Assembly: GCF_006345805.1 (NCBI RefSeq)
Contig: NC_043011.1
Location: 43,722,464 to 43,786,463, forward strand
Length of the DNA stretch: 64,000 bases
Reading direction: 5' to 3'
DNA from: Octopus sinensis
Lineage: Eukaryota
A program made the translations under genes and the position numbers. This document shows, one piece after another, positions 49,638 through 63,535 of this stretch; the first letter of the stretch is position 1, and each line of letters opens with the position of its first letter. The notes under the pieces are model-generated. The model was given only the letters and a program-made list of their open reading frames with translations. It did not search any database and was not told the origin of the DNA.

Positions 49638-50310
49638 AAACAGGATCTGTTTATTCTAGCAAAAATCATCCCATCTTCAAATTTATCGTTTGATATCTGG
49701 TGTCGCTAAAGAGTAGAAAGTATGTTTTTTTTTTGTTTTTTAAGTAAATGTCGCAGTATAAGAATGTGGCCCTCTTGAGCGCTGGACCTGATTGTTCGGC
49801 AAATAATATTATATATTATTTATTTATTATTTATTATTTTATACTTTACTTAAAATTATATGTATATGTTTTTATTGTATATCTATTTTTTTTCTATATG
49901 GTATAATTCAATTATATCATTATTAGTTCATTGTTGAATTGATAAAAGGTGGTTCTTCTCTAATTTATATACATACATACATACATACATACATACATAC
50001 ATACATACATACATACATGCATCATACATACATACATACATACATACATGTGTGTGTATATACACACACACACACTCACACGCAGACACTCACACACGTT
50101 GCTTCATTTGATTCAGCCATATGACTGCGACAATGCTGGAGCACCGCCTTGAAGCATCTTAGTCGAACAAATCTATCCGAGGACTTATTTTTAAAGCCTA
50201 CTGCTACTACTGGTCCATTCGCCGAACCGATAAGTTGCAGGGACGTAAACGCACCAACACCGGTTGTAAAACGGTGATTGGGGCACATAAACAGTCAGAT
50301 AGCCGGAAAC

Positions 50311-50346
<36 letters not shown>

Positions 50347-50469
50347 CATAGCTGTTTCTGGGATATTCCAGGCAATGGGTCAACACCCCTTACACTTGGT
50401 ACTCCGTCATCAGAGACGAGGCATGCAGGAAGAAGTTCCAGACAGAGAATTCACAAATAGAATAAAACG

Positions 50470-50515
<46 letters not shown>

Positions 50516-51163
50516 ATGTGTGTGTTTGTGTGTGTGTATACATATATTTATGTGTGTGTGTGTCTTTCTGTCTGCATTTGTCCCCCTACCGTTGCTTGAC
50601 AACCGATGTTGGTGTTTACGTCCCCGTAACTTAGCGGTTCAGTAAAATGACCGATCAAATAAGTGCTAGTCTCAGAAAGAATAAGTCCTGGAGTCGACTA
50701 CTTCCACTAAAAAAAAAGAAGAAAAAAAGGAACCATTCAAGGTGGTGCTACAGCATGGCCACAATCAAAATTACTGAAAGAAATAAAAGAATAAAGAAAA
50801 TAATTACAAGGGAAGTAACTATTAGATATAATCATGGATAGTAATTTCCCTTTGAAAAGTTATATTTGAAGGTTATCTCCCTTGAAACCTCAGCGACCGC
50901 TTCGCTTAAAATGTTTGCAATACTTTTCATTCATTAGTTTGCTAGAAAGAGCAGCAAAAATCTTTTACAAACGACACCCTATATTTATAATGTATATATA
51001 TATTCTGCAAAATAGGGGTAGCTTATCCTGTTCAAGCTATATTATTAGCATTATCCTACGTTTGAGAATTTAAAATCACTTCTTTAACTTTCAAAGACAT
51101 CTCAACGCTTCTAAAGCAAACTTGGTTTGTTTGTTTACATTCATCGAATTGAATTATTAATAT

Positions 51164-51249
<86 letters not shown>

Positions 51250-52012
51250 CCAGGGCCGGCCTTAAGCCGTTTCGACCAATTGCTCCCAGTCAGTCCTGCG
51301 CTCAAGAGGGCCACATTCTATACTGCGACGTATACTTAAAAAACAAAAAACAAAAAAATATAAAACAATTTCTACCCTTTAGCGACACAAGGTATCAAAT
51401 GATAAGCTGCTTGAAGAAATTTATCAATTTGAGATCTTTCTTTCCGATTTTTGCCAAAATATTTTTAACAGTTTAAATTTTATAATTTTATAACACACAA
51501 CTCAAATTTTCTGAGAAATAATGTTTTCCCCTCGTTTTTCTTTTTTCATGTGCTTTCAACTGATCTCATCTCCTAATATACCACAAATGACTTCTTTCCC
51601 CCGAAATCGGAGTGGGTGGGAGCCCTCGGAATTCACCTCCCTCTTATCTCAGAGTTATTTATTTTCCACGTTTTTCTTTTTTTTTTCGTGTTCTATCAAC
51701 TAATCTCGGCTCCTAATATAATTCTAATACAATGGCTTAGAATAAGTGTGTGTGTGTGGTGTGTGTGTGTGTAACTATATCTATTGGTCACTTTGCAAAA
51801 GACATTTTTTCCCTTCGCGGCGTATTAGGAGATCAGAATAGTGACTGTTTTTTTTTTATGCCTAATAACTGCTATTTCTAGCATAGTAAACAACCACGGT
51901 GAGGACCGGCTACCTTTGAGTTTATTTAAAAGAGAGAGAAAAATGCTTTACACCTTCTGAGATGTATGTGTAGAAGCTTTAATTAACAAATTATCCATGT
52001 TTCAGAAAATTA

Positions 52013-52050
<38 letters not shown>

Positions 52051-52406
52051 ACATACACACAAGCAATTTTATATTTAATCTGATGAGTCACTCTAGACTA
52101 TTCAAGAGTTCAAATTTCTTAGTCTTATTACAAGAATGCTGCCGACAAGGGCTTCATTGTTTTGCTCTCAGCTAAAACATCATCCAGCGGATAGCTTAGC
52201 TAGCTGAAACTTTGAAGTCACTGTCAACAATATCCTTCATATAAATATATATATGGCTGTGTGGTAAGTAGCTTACTTATGAACCACATGGTTCCGGGTT
52301 CAGTCCCACTGCATGGCACCTTGGATAAATGTCTTCTACTATAGCCTCAAGACTGACCAATGCCTGTGAGTGGATTTGGTAGACGGAAACTGAAAGAAGC
52401 CCGTCG

Positions 52407-52464
<58 letters not shown>

Positions 52465-53220
52465 GTGTGTGTGTGTGTGTGTGTGTATCTGTGTTTGTCC
52501 CCCCAACATTGCTTGACAACAGATGCTGGTGTGTGTTTACATCCCCGCAACTTAGCGTTTCGGCATAAGAGACCGATAGAATAAGCACTAGGTTGACAAA
52601 GAATAAGTCCTGGATCGGTTTGCTCGACTAAGACGGTGCTCCAGTATGCCCACAGTCAAATGACTGAAATCAGTAAAAGAGTAAAGAGAATACTATCTAT
52701 ATATCTATCTCTCTATTATCTCTCTCTCTCTCTCTTCTCTCTCTCCTCTCTCTCTCTCTCTCTCCTCTTCTCTCTATATATTATTATTATATATATATAT
52801 ATATATATATATTAAATTCAAATTACGATGAATGTAAACAACAAACCAAGTTGCTTTTAAGCGTTGAGATGTCTTTGAAAGTTAAAGAAGTGATTTTAAA
52901 TTCTCAAACGCAGGATAATGCTAATAATATAGCCTGAACAGGATAAGCTACCCCTATTTTGCAGAATATTATATATACATTATAAATATAGGGTGTCGTT
53001 TGTAAAAGATTTTAGCTGCTCTTTCTAGTAAACTAATGAATGAAAAATATTGCAAACATTTTGAGCGAAGCGATCGGTGAGGTTTCAAGGGAGATAACCT
53101 TCAAATATAACTTTTCAAAGGGCCGTTCAAAGAGAAGTATACGTTGCAGTATAGAATGTGGCCCTCTTGAGCGCGGGACCTGATTGGGAGCAATCGGTCC
53201 AACGGCTCAAGGCAGGCCCA

Positions 53221-53273
<53 letters not shown>

Positions 53274-53577
53274 CACACACACACACACACATATATATTT
53301 ATATATATATATATGATATATGATTATAGTTATTATATATATAAATAATAAAAGTATTAATGATTATTATGAAGTAGCATAGCTTTACCTTTAATTCTTT
53401 TATATATACAGCTTCAAATACATCTACACGTGTTGCAACTGCATTGATTAGTAACCATGGCAACTGCGATCTTACTGTAATACTGGTTCAGTTTTTTTCA
53501 GGGTCTTCCCTTTTTATAATTTTTGAGTTAACTGTTTAAAATTTTTCGTTTCTCTACTCTGTGTTGTATGAGACGTG

Positions 53578-53618
<41 letters not shown>

Positions 53619-55289
53619 ACATGATGAAATTTTTTCTCTGTTTCTGTCTTCGAAACAAGACTTTGGTTGGTCTGGGGCCAAGGTACAGTACAGTGGGACT
53701 TGCCCAAGGTGCAGCACAGTGGGATTGAACTCAAGACCACATGGTTGGAAAGCATAAAATTACAAAAATGAAATTTAAAAAAACAACAAACAACAACAAA
53801 GGCGATTATAATTATTTTTGATCATAAATGTTTTTATTTACATCTGTATAAAGAGTGTATATAATATTTAGTCTTTATTTTCTTTCTGAATCCAGTGTGT
53901 ATATTTACAACTATATAATAAAGAGTGTATATAATTTATTGTAGTTAAAATGTACAACAGGCTCCATTGATATTTTCTAAATTCTGTGATATGTGAACAG
54001 AACAGAACAGAAAAAAAAAATGAAATATAAAATAAAAATAAAAATAAAAATAACAAAAAACCCCAAAACAAAAAAAGGAAAACAAAAAAAAACCAGATTT
54101 TTAATGGACGTTTAACGAAGTGACAGGTTGATTAAGCTGATTAGATGAAAACATCTGATGATGATGATGATAAGGGTGATGGTGATGTTGATGATGGTGG
54201 TGGAAATGATGATGATGATGTTGATGGTGATGATGTTGATGATGATATTGGTAGTGGTGGTGATGGTGGTGGTGGTGGTCACAGTGATGATGATGATGAT
54301 GATGATGGTGATGACATGGAGCAGGGAGGATAATTAATAGCAGCAGAAATAGAAAAACTGAACACCAAAAAAAAAAAAAGAAAGAAAAAAGAAAAAAAAG
54401 CATCTAAAGATAAAATTTAAAAAAATAAGTAAAGGTTAATCATATCAGTAGAAGGCCACAAATTTTGTAGATGGATGTGGGGGAGGGGGTGTCAAAGAGT
54501 AAAGGGTTGAATCGACCCCAGTATATGACAGATTGCAGGCATGGTTGAACGGCTAACAAGTTAGCTTTGCTATCACAAGATGTCCCAACTTTGTTCTAAA
54601 TCAATATCATAGCTTCAAGACTTTGACAATGTGATTGTTTATTTTGAGAATGACATTGTAGGATAGGTGTAAGAGTTCTGATCTGGCCAATTTGAACATA
54701 AAACAAGTAGAATATTTGGGCTGGATATGGTTGGTTTAACCCCTTAGCATTCAGGGTATTCTGTCAAATATAATGCTTATTTCTTACCTATTTCTTTATT
54801 GCCCACAAGGGGCTAAACACAGAGGGGACAAACAAGGACAGACAAATGGATTAAGTCTATTACATCGACCCCAGTGTGTAACTGGTACTTTATTTATCGG
54901 CCCTGAAAGGATGAAAGGCAAAGTCGACCTCGGCGGAATTTGAACTCAGAACGTAACGGCAGATGAGATACCGCTAAGCATTTCACCCGGTGCACTACCG
55001 ATTCTGCCAGCTTCCTCAGCTTTCTTATTTATTACCATTGTTATAAATTAATCATGGATTATCTCATAGCTTGGAGATTTCAATGATCTGATTGTTTATT
55101 TTTAGTATGACATTGTAGGGTAGGTGTGAGAGTTCGGATCTGGCCAGTTTCAACATTAAACAGGTAGAGTATTTGGACCGGATATGTCTGGACTACTCAG
55201 CCACTTGCCTTACAATTCAAGTGGTTAGAACAACAGAGCTGCTTTGGTTATCACCACCACTACCAACAGAGATTCATTTATGGTACACA

Positions 55290-55640
55290 CCACTTGTACT
55301 TGTAACGGCGTTCACCCAGGGCGGGTTGAGCCGGCTTCTTCTCTGGTCCCGGCGGCATCACGAATCATGGTGGCCCACGCTCGACTGCCCTGTGCGAGGT
55401 CACTGGAGATAGTGAGCCATTCGCGGTTCCATCTGCGCAGACTGACCACCTGTGGACCTGAGAGTTCGGAGAGGTCCTCCTTTATCGTTGTTGCCCAGGT
55501 CTTCAGCTGCCCGCCCGTGTGTTTGCGTCAGTTGGGAAGTGGAGGTGGGAGGAGGACATCATGAATCAGCTCACCCTCCGGACGCCGGGCCAATGACCGA
55601 ACCACCTTAAGCGCCATTGTAGAAGCACTGAAGGCTGAAG
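55290..55640 (-). mobile_element. RTE-clade LINE 3' end
   Basis: Minus strand reads RLRWFGH...RRPEGEL...GGQLKTWATTIKEDL...W, followed by a (CAAGT)-type tail. Confidence 0.8.
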
Positions 55641-56139
55641 CACTTGAAGACTGAAAAGATCATGTTGATACCTTCAAGATTTGAACTCAAAACATAAAGA
55701 GATTATTTCATTCTTTGGCTGGTTTCAGTCAAAAGACAGTGGCCATGCTGGAGCACTGTGGTTCTTTATTGCCCCTCGAAGAATTAAAAACATCATGTGC
55801 ACATCTTCAGGATTAGAACTCAAAACATAAAGTGGTTATTTCATTTTATGACCGGTTCAAGTCAAAGGACTGTGGCCATGCTAGGGCACCACTTTTAAAG
55901 GTTCCAATTTTTCATGTTGATCTCAGGAAACAACTGAGTGTAAAATGGACCTGAGCAGGAATTGAACTCACAAGGTAAAAGTTTGTAACAATATACCAGA
56001 AGCTACTTTCAATGATGTTTTACTTTTTCTATGATCTGTACACACAAGTCAATAGTGTGAGAATTGTACCATGTCATCAAGGTAACCAAATTCTACCACC
56101 ACCCCTCAGATATAACCAAATACTGAAAAAAAAAAAAAA

Positions 56140-56577
56140 TTTCAAAATTTGGCACAAGACCAGCAATTTTGAAGGAAAAGGGGAAGTCATTTACATAGAC
56201 CCCTGTGCTCAACATGTACTTGTTTTTATCAACCCCTAAAGGATGAAAAGTGAAGTTGATCTTGGTAGAATCTGAACTCAGAATGTAAATAATTACAAGA
56301 AATGGTGTTAAGCATTTTGCTTCATGTTCAACCAGTTCTACCAGCTCACTGCCTTACTGCAAATTTTGCCACAAGGGTAGCTTGGGGTGGGTGGGGATGA
56401 GTCGAGTATGCCAACCCCAGTGTATGTCAACTGGTACTTATTTTATTGACCGTGGTGGAATTTGAACTCCAAATATAGCAACGGGTGAAACTCTGCTAAG
56501 CATTTTGTCTGCCAGCTCACTGCCTTAATAATAATAATAATAATAATAATATAATAATAATAATAATAATAATAATG

Positions 56578-56608
<31 letters not shown>

Positions 56609-56854
56609 TGATGATAACGATAATAATAATAACAATTATAAAGATTTCTACCACAAGCATAAAGCAAGTTATTTAAGTAGGGAGAGGAGAGTGAGTATAG
56701 CCAATTATATCAACCCCAGTATATAGCCGGTATGTTTTTTTTTTTCTTATCAACCATGAAAATATGTAAAAGTGAAGATGATTCCAGCAAGAATGGAACA
56801 CAAAAAAAAAAAGGACAAGATTACAATACAATGTGTCTGCTAACAAAAGCAGCA

Positions 56855-56893
<39 letters not shown>

Positions 56894-57133
56894 TAATGAT
56901 AACAACAACAATAATCCTTTCTACCGGAAGCACAAGGCCTCAAATTTGGGAGGAAGGGATTAAGACGAATACATTGACTGCAGTGCATAACTGGTACTTA
57001 TTTAATTGGCCCTGAAAGGATGAAAGGCAAAGCTGACCTTGGCGGAATTTGAACTCAGAACATGAAGACGAAATCCTGCTAAGTATTTTGTCCAGCGTGC
57101 TAATGATTCTGCCAGCTCATAAATAATAGTAAT

Positions 57134-57171
<38 letters not shown>

Positions 57172-57644
57172 TGATGATGGTTTCAAATTTTTCTACAAGG
57201 GCATTAGCAGTTTTGGGAGAAGGGATGAGTTGATTACATTGACCCCAGTGTTAAACTGGTACTGATTTTATCAACTGTAGTTGATGTGATCGACTGAATC
57301 CCTTTCTCCAGATTTGAGGCCTTGTGCATCCAGTAAAAAAGGATTATTATTATTATTATTATTATCATTATTATCATTGTTGCTGGTTGTTGTTGTAGTT
57401 GTTGATGGTTTCCCATTTTGGCACAAGGCCAGCAATCTTATGGGGGAGAGCAGGTAAGTTGATTACACCATTCCTCCGTACATGACTTTATTTTATCAAC
57501 CCCGAAAGAATGAAATGCAAAGTCAACCTCAGTGGAATTTGAACTCAGAACATAAAGAGCTGGAAGAAATGTCACTCACATAACAAATATGCCAGCTCGT
57601 TACCTTAATAATAATAATAATAATAATAATAATGAATAATAATG

Positions 57645-57695
<51 letters not shown>

Positions 57696-57922
57696 TAATA
57701 ATAATAATCCTTGCTACTGGAAGCACAAGGCCTCAAATTTGGGAGAGAGGATTAAGTCGATTACATTGACCCCAGTGCATAACTGGTACTAATTTTATCA
57801 ACTCCAAATGGGTGAAATGTAAAGTTGACCTTGGAAGAATTTGAACTCAGGGTGGAAAGATGGACAAAATTGTGCTACACATTTTTGTCTGGTATGTTAA
57901 CAATTCTGCCAGCTTGCCATTT

Positions 57923-57953
<31 letters not shown>

Positions 57954-58140
57954 GGTGGTGGTGGTGGTGGTGGTGGTGATGGTAGTGGTGGTGGTTTCTA
58001 ATATAGACACGCAGACAGTTTTTGCTGGAGAGGGGATAAATAATTATTACAATCTCAGCGTATCACTGGTACATAATTTATCATCCCAGGAATTACGAAA
58101 GGCAAAAATCGATCTCAGCTTGAACCGTGAGCACAATAAA
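56140..58140 (-). repeat. Array of decayed SINE-B copies separated by (TAA)n; a second array at about 61285-63125
   Basis: Repeated CACAAGGCC...GATTACATTGACCCCAGT...GGAATTTGAACTCAGAA...CTGCCAGCTC units. Confidence 0.8.
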
Positions 58141-58198
58141 AAAGATATAAATTCATTGTCACTGAATTCTGCTCTGAGTTCAAACAACAATAATGACG

Positions 58199-58252
<54 letters not shown>

Positions 58253-58538
58253 GTAATAATAATATCGTTAATAACAACGATAATGATAGAGCAAAAGAAA
58301 GAGAATTGAAATCCCACAACCAGGATATTATAGTTTAATTATATATATATAATTATAAATTATAACATACACTTGGTATATACACACTAATATATGTATA
58401 TATATACAATATATATATACATATATACGTATATATACATATTTCGTATATATACATATATATATGATATATATATATATATATTACATATATACATGTA
58501 TATATATATATATATATATTATATATTGTATATATAAT

Positions 58539-58571
<33 letters not shown>

Positions 58572-58665
58572 CAATACAAACACATATACTATGCATACAT
58601 AAATGCATATATATATATATATATATGATATATATATATATATATAGTGTATGTATATATATATA

Positions 58666-59470
58666 TGTATGCATGCATATATACATGTATGTATATGCAT
58701 ACATAAATATATGTATTTAAAACACAAAAGATGGGTAAATATTTATTAATAGCATCAGAACATTTGTAAATTAGTTATATAGGAGTGAGTATAAGCATAA
58801 TTATAGATATATTCACTTCTTCGTAATTAATTTATAACTGCCTTGATACCTTAAACAATAGTCTGTCCATCTATGGTAGTCTACATTCACTAATTCGATT
58901 GCCACATTGCCAAGGGTCAACTTCTGTTTATCTGGATTCTGTTTCACATCATTTGACATTGGATCTCAGGCATTCAATCCCATGTAAGCATTGTCTGTAA
59001 ATCTATTATTCATGTGACATATTCTTCCCCCCCATTAAATAATATAATATATATATATTATATATATATATATATATATCTATTTTTGTATATATATATA
59101 TTGTATGCATGCATATATACATGAATGTATATGCATACATAAATATATGAATTTAAAACCCAAAAGAATGGGTAATCTTTATTAATAGCATCAGACATTG
59201 TAAATTAGTTATATAGGAGTTGAGTATAAGCATAATTATAGATATATCACTTCTTCGAATTATTTATACTGCCTTGATACCTTAAAACAATAGTCTGTCC
59301 ATCTATGGTAGTCTAACATTCCTAATTCGATGCCACATTGCCATGGTCAACTTCTGTTTATCTGGATTCTGTTCACATCATTTTTTTGGACAATTGGATC
59401 TCCGGGCCATTCAATCCCATGTAAGCATTGTCTGTAAATCTATTATTCATGTGACATTTCTTCCCCATTA
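58666..59470. repeat. Direct duplication of about 370 bp of unique sequence
   Basis: 58666-59037 is repeated at 59102-59470, separated by (TA)n. The differences are mostly 1-bp indels. Confidence 0.9.
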
Positions 59471-59918
59471 ATTATATATATATATAATATATTAATATAT
59501 ATATATATATGTATGTATACATATATATATGTACTATACACAACACCTGATAATATACATATATACATGCATTTGTGTCTGTTGAAATAAGGCACCAAAA
59601 CTAGACTATCTAATGCAGCAGTTGTAACAGTAACATAAACATTTTCATTAAAGCAGTCCCACTAATATAACCGGTAATTATTATTATGTCTAGACTGGAA
59701 ACAACAATTCTGTATCTATAGTTAATATGTGCAATTAGCAGTTTTGTGTTAGCAAAAAAACAACTGTTTATGCATACAGACATATTTGTGTGTGTATATA
59801 TATATATATATATGTATACATATATATACATATATTTTGATAAAAGTGGTAAGACAACAAAAGAATGAAAGAGACCTCGATATTATGTAAATAGAGGAAT
59901 TTATCTGTAAATGTAATA

Positions 59919-60370
59919 TGTGACAATTATTCGGTAGCCATGATAAAACTCCGACTTTCGGATGCCAAGGTGGAAATCCATGCCGCCATCTCTCCAGTTA
60001 TCCAGCCACTGGAAAAAATGCTATGAAAAATTACTGTTATACAAAGGGAAATTACTGTGTGAGTGACCATTATTAAGACAAAAGAGCTATAAGAATGACC
60101 GCTAAGTGAGTAGGTATGAACATGCGCACTTACACGAATACTATGAACCTTTTTACCCCCTTACTTTTGCTCCCTCCCCTCACTTAGTGGTCATTCAAAT
60201 AGCTCTTTTGTCTTAATAACGGTCAGTCACACAGTAATTTCCCTTTGTATAACGGTCATTTTTCATAGCATTTTTTCCGATGGCCAGATAACTGAAGAGA
60301 TGGTGGTGTGGATTTCCACCTCAGCATCTGAAACTCAGAGTTTTATTATGGCTACCGAATAATTGTCACA
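59919..60370. mobile_element. Penelope-like inverted repeat (diverged arms of about 190 bp, spacer of about 68 bp) with hammerhead-like motifs
   Basis: 59919-60110 versus 60179-60370. Motif GATAA-CTGAAGA-GATG..CATC-t-GAAA-CTCaGAG-TT-TTAT at 60287-60346. Confidence 0.7.
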
Positions 60371-61713
60371 CACATATATATATATTTATAAAGAGTTTCA
60401 GATTAAACTGAAGGATTATTAAATGCTTTTTAGAAGAGTACATATATCTTTTCCCAAGAGTATATTTAAGACAAAGGTTGACTGTGGCTTCAAAGTTTCA
60501 GTTTCAAGGCAAGCAAGCCAAATCTTTGCAGTCGCTATCAACCCCTCTTCCTTGTGTGTGTGTGTTTATACATACACACATATATATTTGCATATATATA
60601 TATATAATATGTGTATGTATATATGTCTGTAGTAATAAGAAATGCAGAAAAATGTAATCTGTATTTTTAAGGCTTATATGACATATACGTGTTTCCTTAA
60701 GCCAGATGTTGCTGCATAAGCTGACTGGTGCTGTTGTGCAAACCTCTTGGCACACTTTTTCAGTATTAGCAGCAATAATGCAATATGATATTTGTTTAAT
60801 GCCCTTATACACCCCAGTCGTACATGTTATGGATAAGCAATTTTGGGTTTGCAGAAGGATGCCAAAAGGCTAGGTAAGAGAATAGTATTAAGAGACGTAA
60901 AAATGAGTAGGAAGGTAATGGACATATTCATTGTATTTTTTTATATATATATATGTATATATGTGCACTTATATGCATATGCATATATGCATCTATCTAC
61001 CCAAACACATGAACCACCTGACATTATGGAAGACTTGCCATCTTGACAATATTCATGTAGCACAAGAGTTCCCTCACACAAACCTTATTTTCTCAAAGAC
61101 GTCCATGTTTCATGGATGTACAAGGAAGCTGGATGACAGGTTGATGGAATTTCACATCAGGGCAAGATTTTCAGGAATGCAACTCTTCTATAACAGGTAT
61201 CAGAGTGTATGTGACGAGAACTTCATTTTTTTGACCTCAGTAGTTAGTCCCAGCAGGATTTGAATTCATACTCATAATAACAATAATCCTTTCTACCACA
61301 AACACAAGGTTTGAAATTTTGTAGGGTGTGGGGTCAGTCAATTACATCGATCCCAGTGCTTGACTGATATGAACCCTGAAAAGATGAAAAGGCAAAGTTG
61401 ACCTTGGTGGCATTCGAACTTAGAACGTAAGGCACGAGGCCTGAAAATTTAGAGAAGACATTTACATCGGTCCCAGTGATCAATTGGTGCTTATTTTATC
61501 GATACCCAAAAGATGAAAGGCAAAGTCAATCTCAGTAGAATTTGAACTCAAGAATGTAAAGCCAGAGGAAATGTTGCTGACCATTTTTCTTTGACATGCC
61601 AATGATTCTGCCAGTGTGTTGCCTTAACAATAATAACAACAACAACAATAATAATAATAATAATAGTAATAATAATAATAATAATGATGATGATGAAAAT
61701 AATAATGATAGCA

Positions 61714-61945
61714 ATTGGCACGCTTGGAAGTATCAGCACTCAACTACCAACATGGCTCAAAAAAAAAGATTGGTACAAATGTAAAGAGAGAACACCTACA
61801 AAAATCAGCATTGCTTGGAACTGTAAGAGTCCTCCTCTACAGTGTTCTTGAAGCATGACCAGTAGACAAGTGTCACCTTAATGTGCTGGCTGTGGACAGC
61901 TGACACTTTTCATCATAAGCTGTGAGTTTTCATCAAATAATAAAC
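61714..61945 (+). mobile_element. R4/Dong-clade 3' end
   Basis: IGTLGSISTQLPTWLK...EHLQKSALLGTVRVL, followed by a short UTR and a TAA-rich tail. Confidence 0.75.
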
Positions 61946-62007
61946 AATGATAACAACAAAACAAAGATAGTAATTAAAATAATTAAAACAACAACAATAA
62001 TAATGAT

Positions 62008-62056
<49 letters not shown>

Positions 62057-62159
62057 GTAATTGTAATAACAATAATAATTCAGGGAATGGACAGGGTAGA
62101 TAATATCAAAATGGTAATTTTTATTTTGAAATTATCAACCATGTCTATTTCCTATGAAC

Positions 62160-62210
<51 letters not shown>

Positions 62211-62408
62211 GTTTTAAATTTTGCCACAAGGGCAGCAATTTTGGAGAAGGGGTTAAGTCGATTACATCGACCCCAGTGCATAACTGGTATTTATTTTATC
62301 AACCCCGAAAGGATGGAAGGGAAAGTTGACCTTGGCAGAATTCAAACCCAGAACGTAAAGAGCTTGACAAAATGCTGCCGAGCATTTTGTCGGGCGCTAA
62401 TGGTTAAC

Positions 62409-62456
<48 letters not shown>

Positions 62457-63388
62457 TCTTAAGGTGGTGGGCTGGCAGAATTTTTGGCATGCTGGGCAAA
62501 ATGCTTAGTGGCATTTTATTTCTCTTTATGTTCTGAGTTCAAATTCCACTGAGGTCGACTTTGCATTTTATCATTTAAGGGTCAATAAAATAAGTACCAG
62601 TTGAGTACTGGGGGTCAATGTAAGCAACTAGACCCCTTCCCCGAAATTTTCAGGCCTTGTGCTTATAGCAGAAAGGAACAATAATGATTCTTTCTAAATG
62701 TGGTACGAGCCCAGAAATTTCGAGCAGAGGGGACAAGTTGATTACATCGGTCCCAATACTTGACTGGTACCTATTTTTTTGACTCCAAAAGGACAAAAGG
62801 CAAAGCTGACCTCTGCAGAAATTGAACTCAGAACCTAGCGAGTCAGAAAAGATGCTGCTAAGCATTTTGTCTGATGCAGTAACAATTAACAGTAATAATA
62901 ATAATGGTTTAAGCTTTGGCACAAGGCCAGCAATTTTCAGGGAGGGATGGGGCAGGTCGATTATATTGACCTCCAGTTCTTGATTTGTACTTTCTTTTAT
63001 CGATCCTGAAAGGATCAAAGGTAAAGTTGACCTTGGTGGTATTTGAACTCAGAATGTCATCCCAGAAGAAATGTCACAAAGCATCCTTCTGATGAGCTAA
63101 CGGTTCTGTTAGCTCACCACCTTCAGTAGAATAATTATAACTGTAATAATTAATAATAATGATATTAAAATATTTGTATAACAGTAAATTCGTTGAGAAG
63201 TCTTTTTTTTTTTTTATAAAATGTTCTCAAAAGAAAAATAAGAAAATAAAAATATTTTTGCAATGTAAAAAAAAATATTTAGCAATTAAATTTCGTCTTT
63301 TTTCTGTCTTGTATTTTTTTTTTAAGTCTTTTTTCTGCAAGACATGTTGGAATACTTCTAGTGCAATTGTTTCATGATCGAAGTGAAA

Positions 63389-63535
63389 CTAGCGATGGTT
63401 GTCAAGAGTAACAGCTGTCTCACAGCCTGAACTTGATGAAGCTTGTGATATACTTCGTGCATCCGGGATTTTGTAAGTAGTGAGTTCATAGTTCTCTCGA
63501 TTTTCTGGTGTGAAGAAGTCCGATAATTTATAGAT
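63389..63535 (-). CDS. Probable terminal coding exon of an unidentified minus-strand gene extending beyond the window
   Basis: Minus-strand acceptor tttttgttttcccaacag. Frame 0 reads IYKLSDFFTPENRENYELTTYKIPDARSISQASSSSGCETAVTLDNHR*, followed by AT-rich UTR-like sequence. A second frame is also open, so the frame is not proven. Confidence 0.55.
   Translation of the reverse strand: MYKLSDFFTPENRENYELTTYKIPDARSISQASSSSGCETAVTLDNHR

Noticed and set aside
61010-61260. Possible decayed mariner fragment or exon (ORF 60931-61263)
   Set aside because: Only faint resemblance to a transposase linker region; no diagnostic motif or splice sites.
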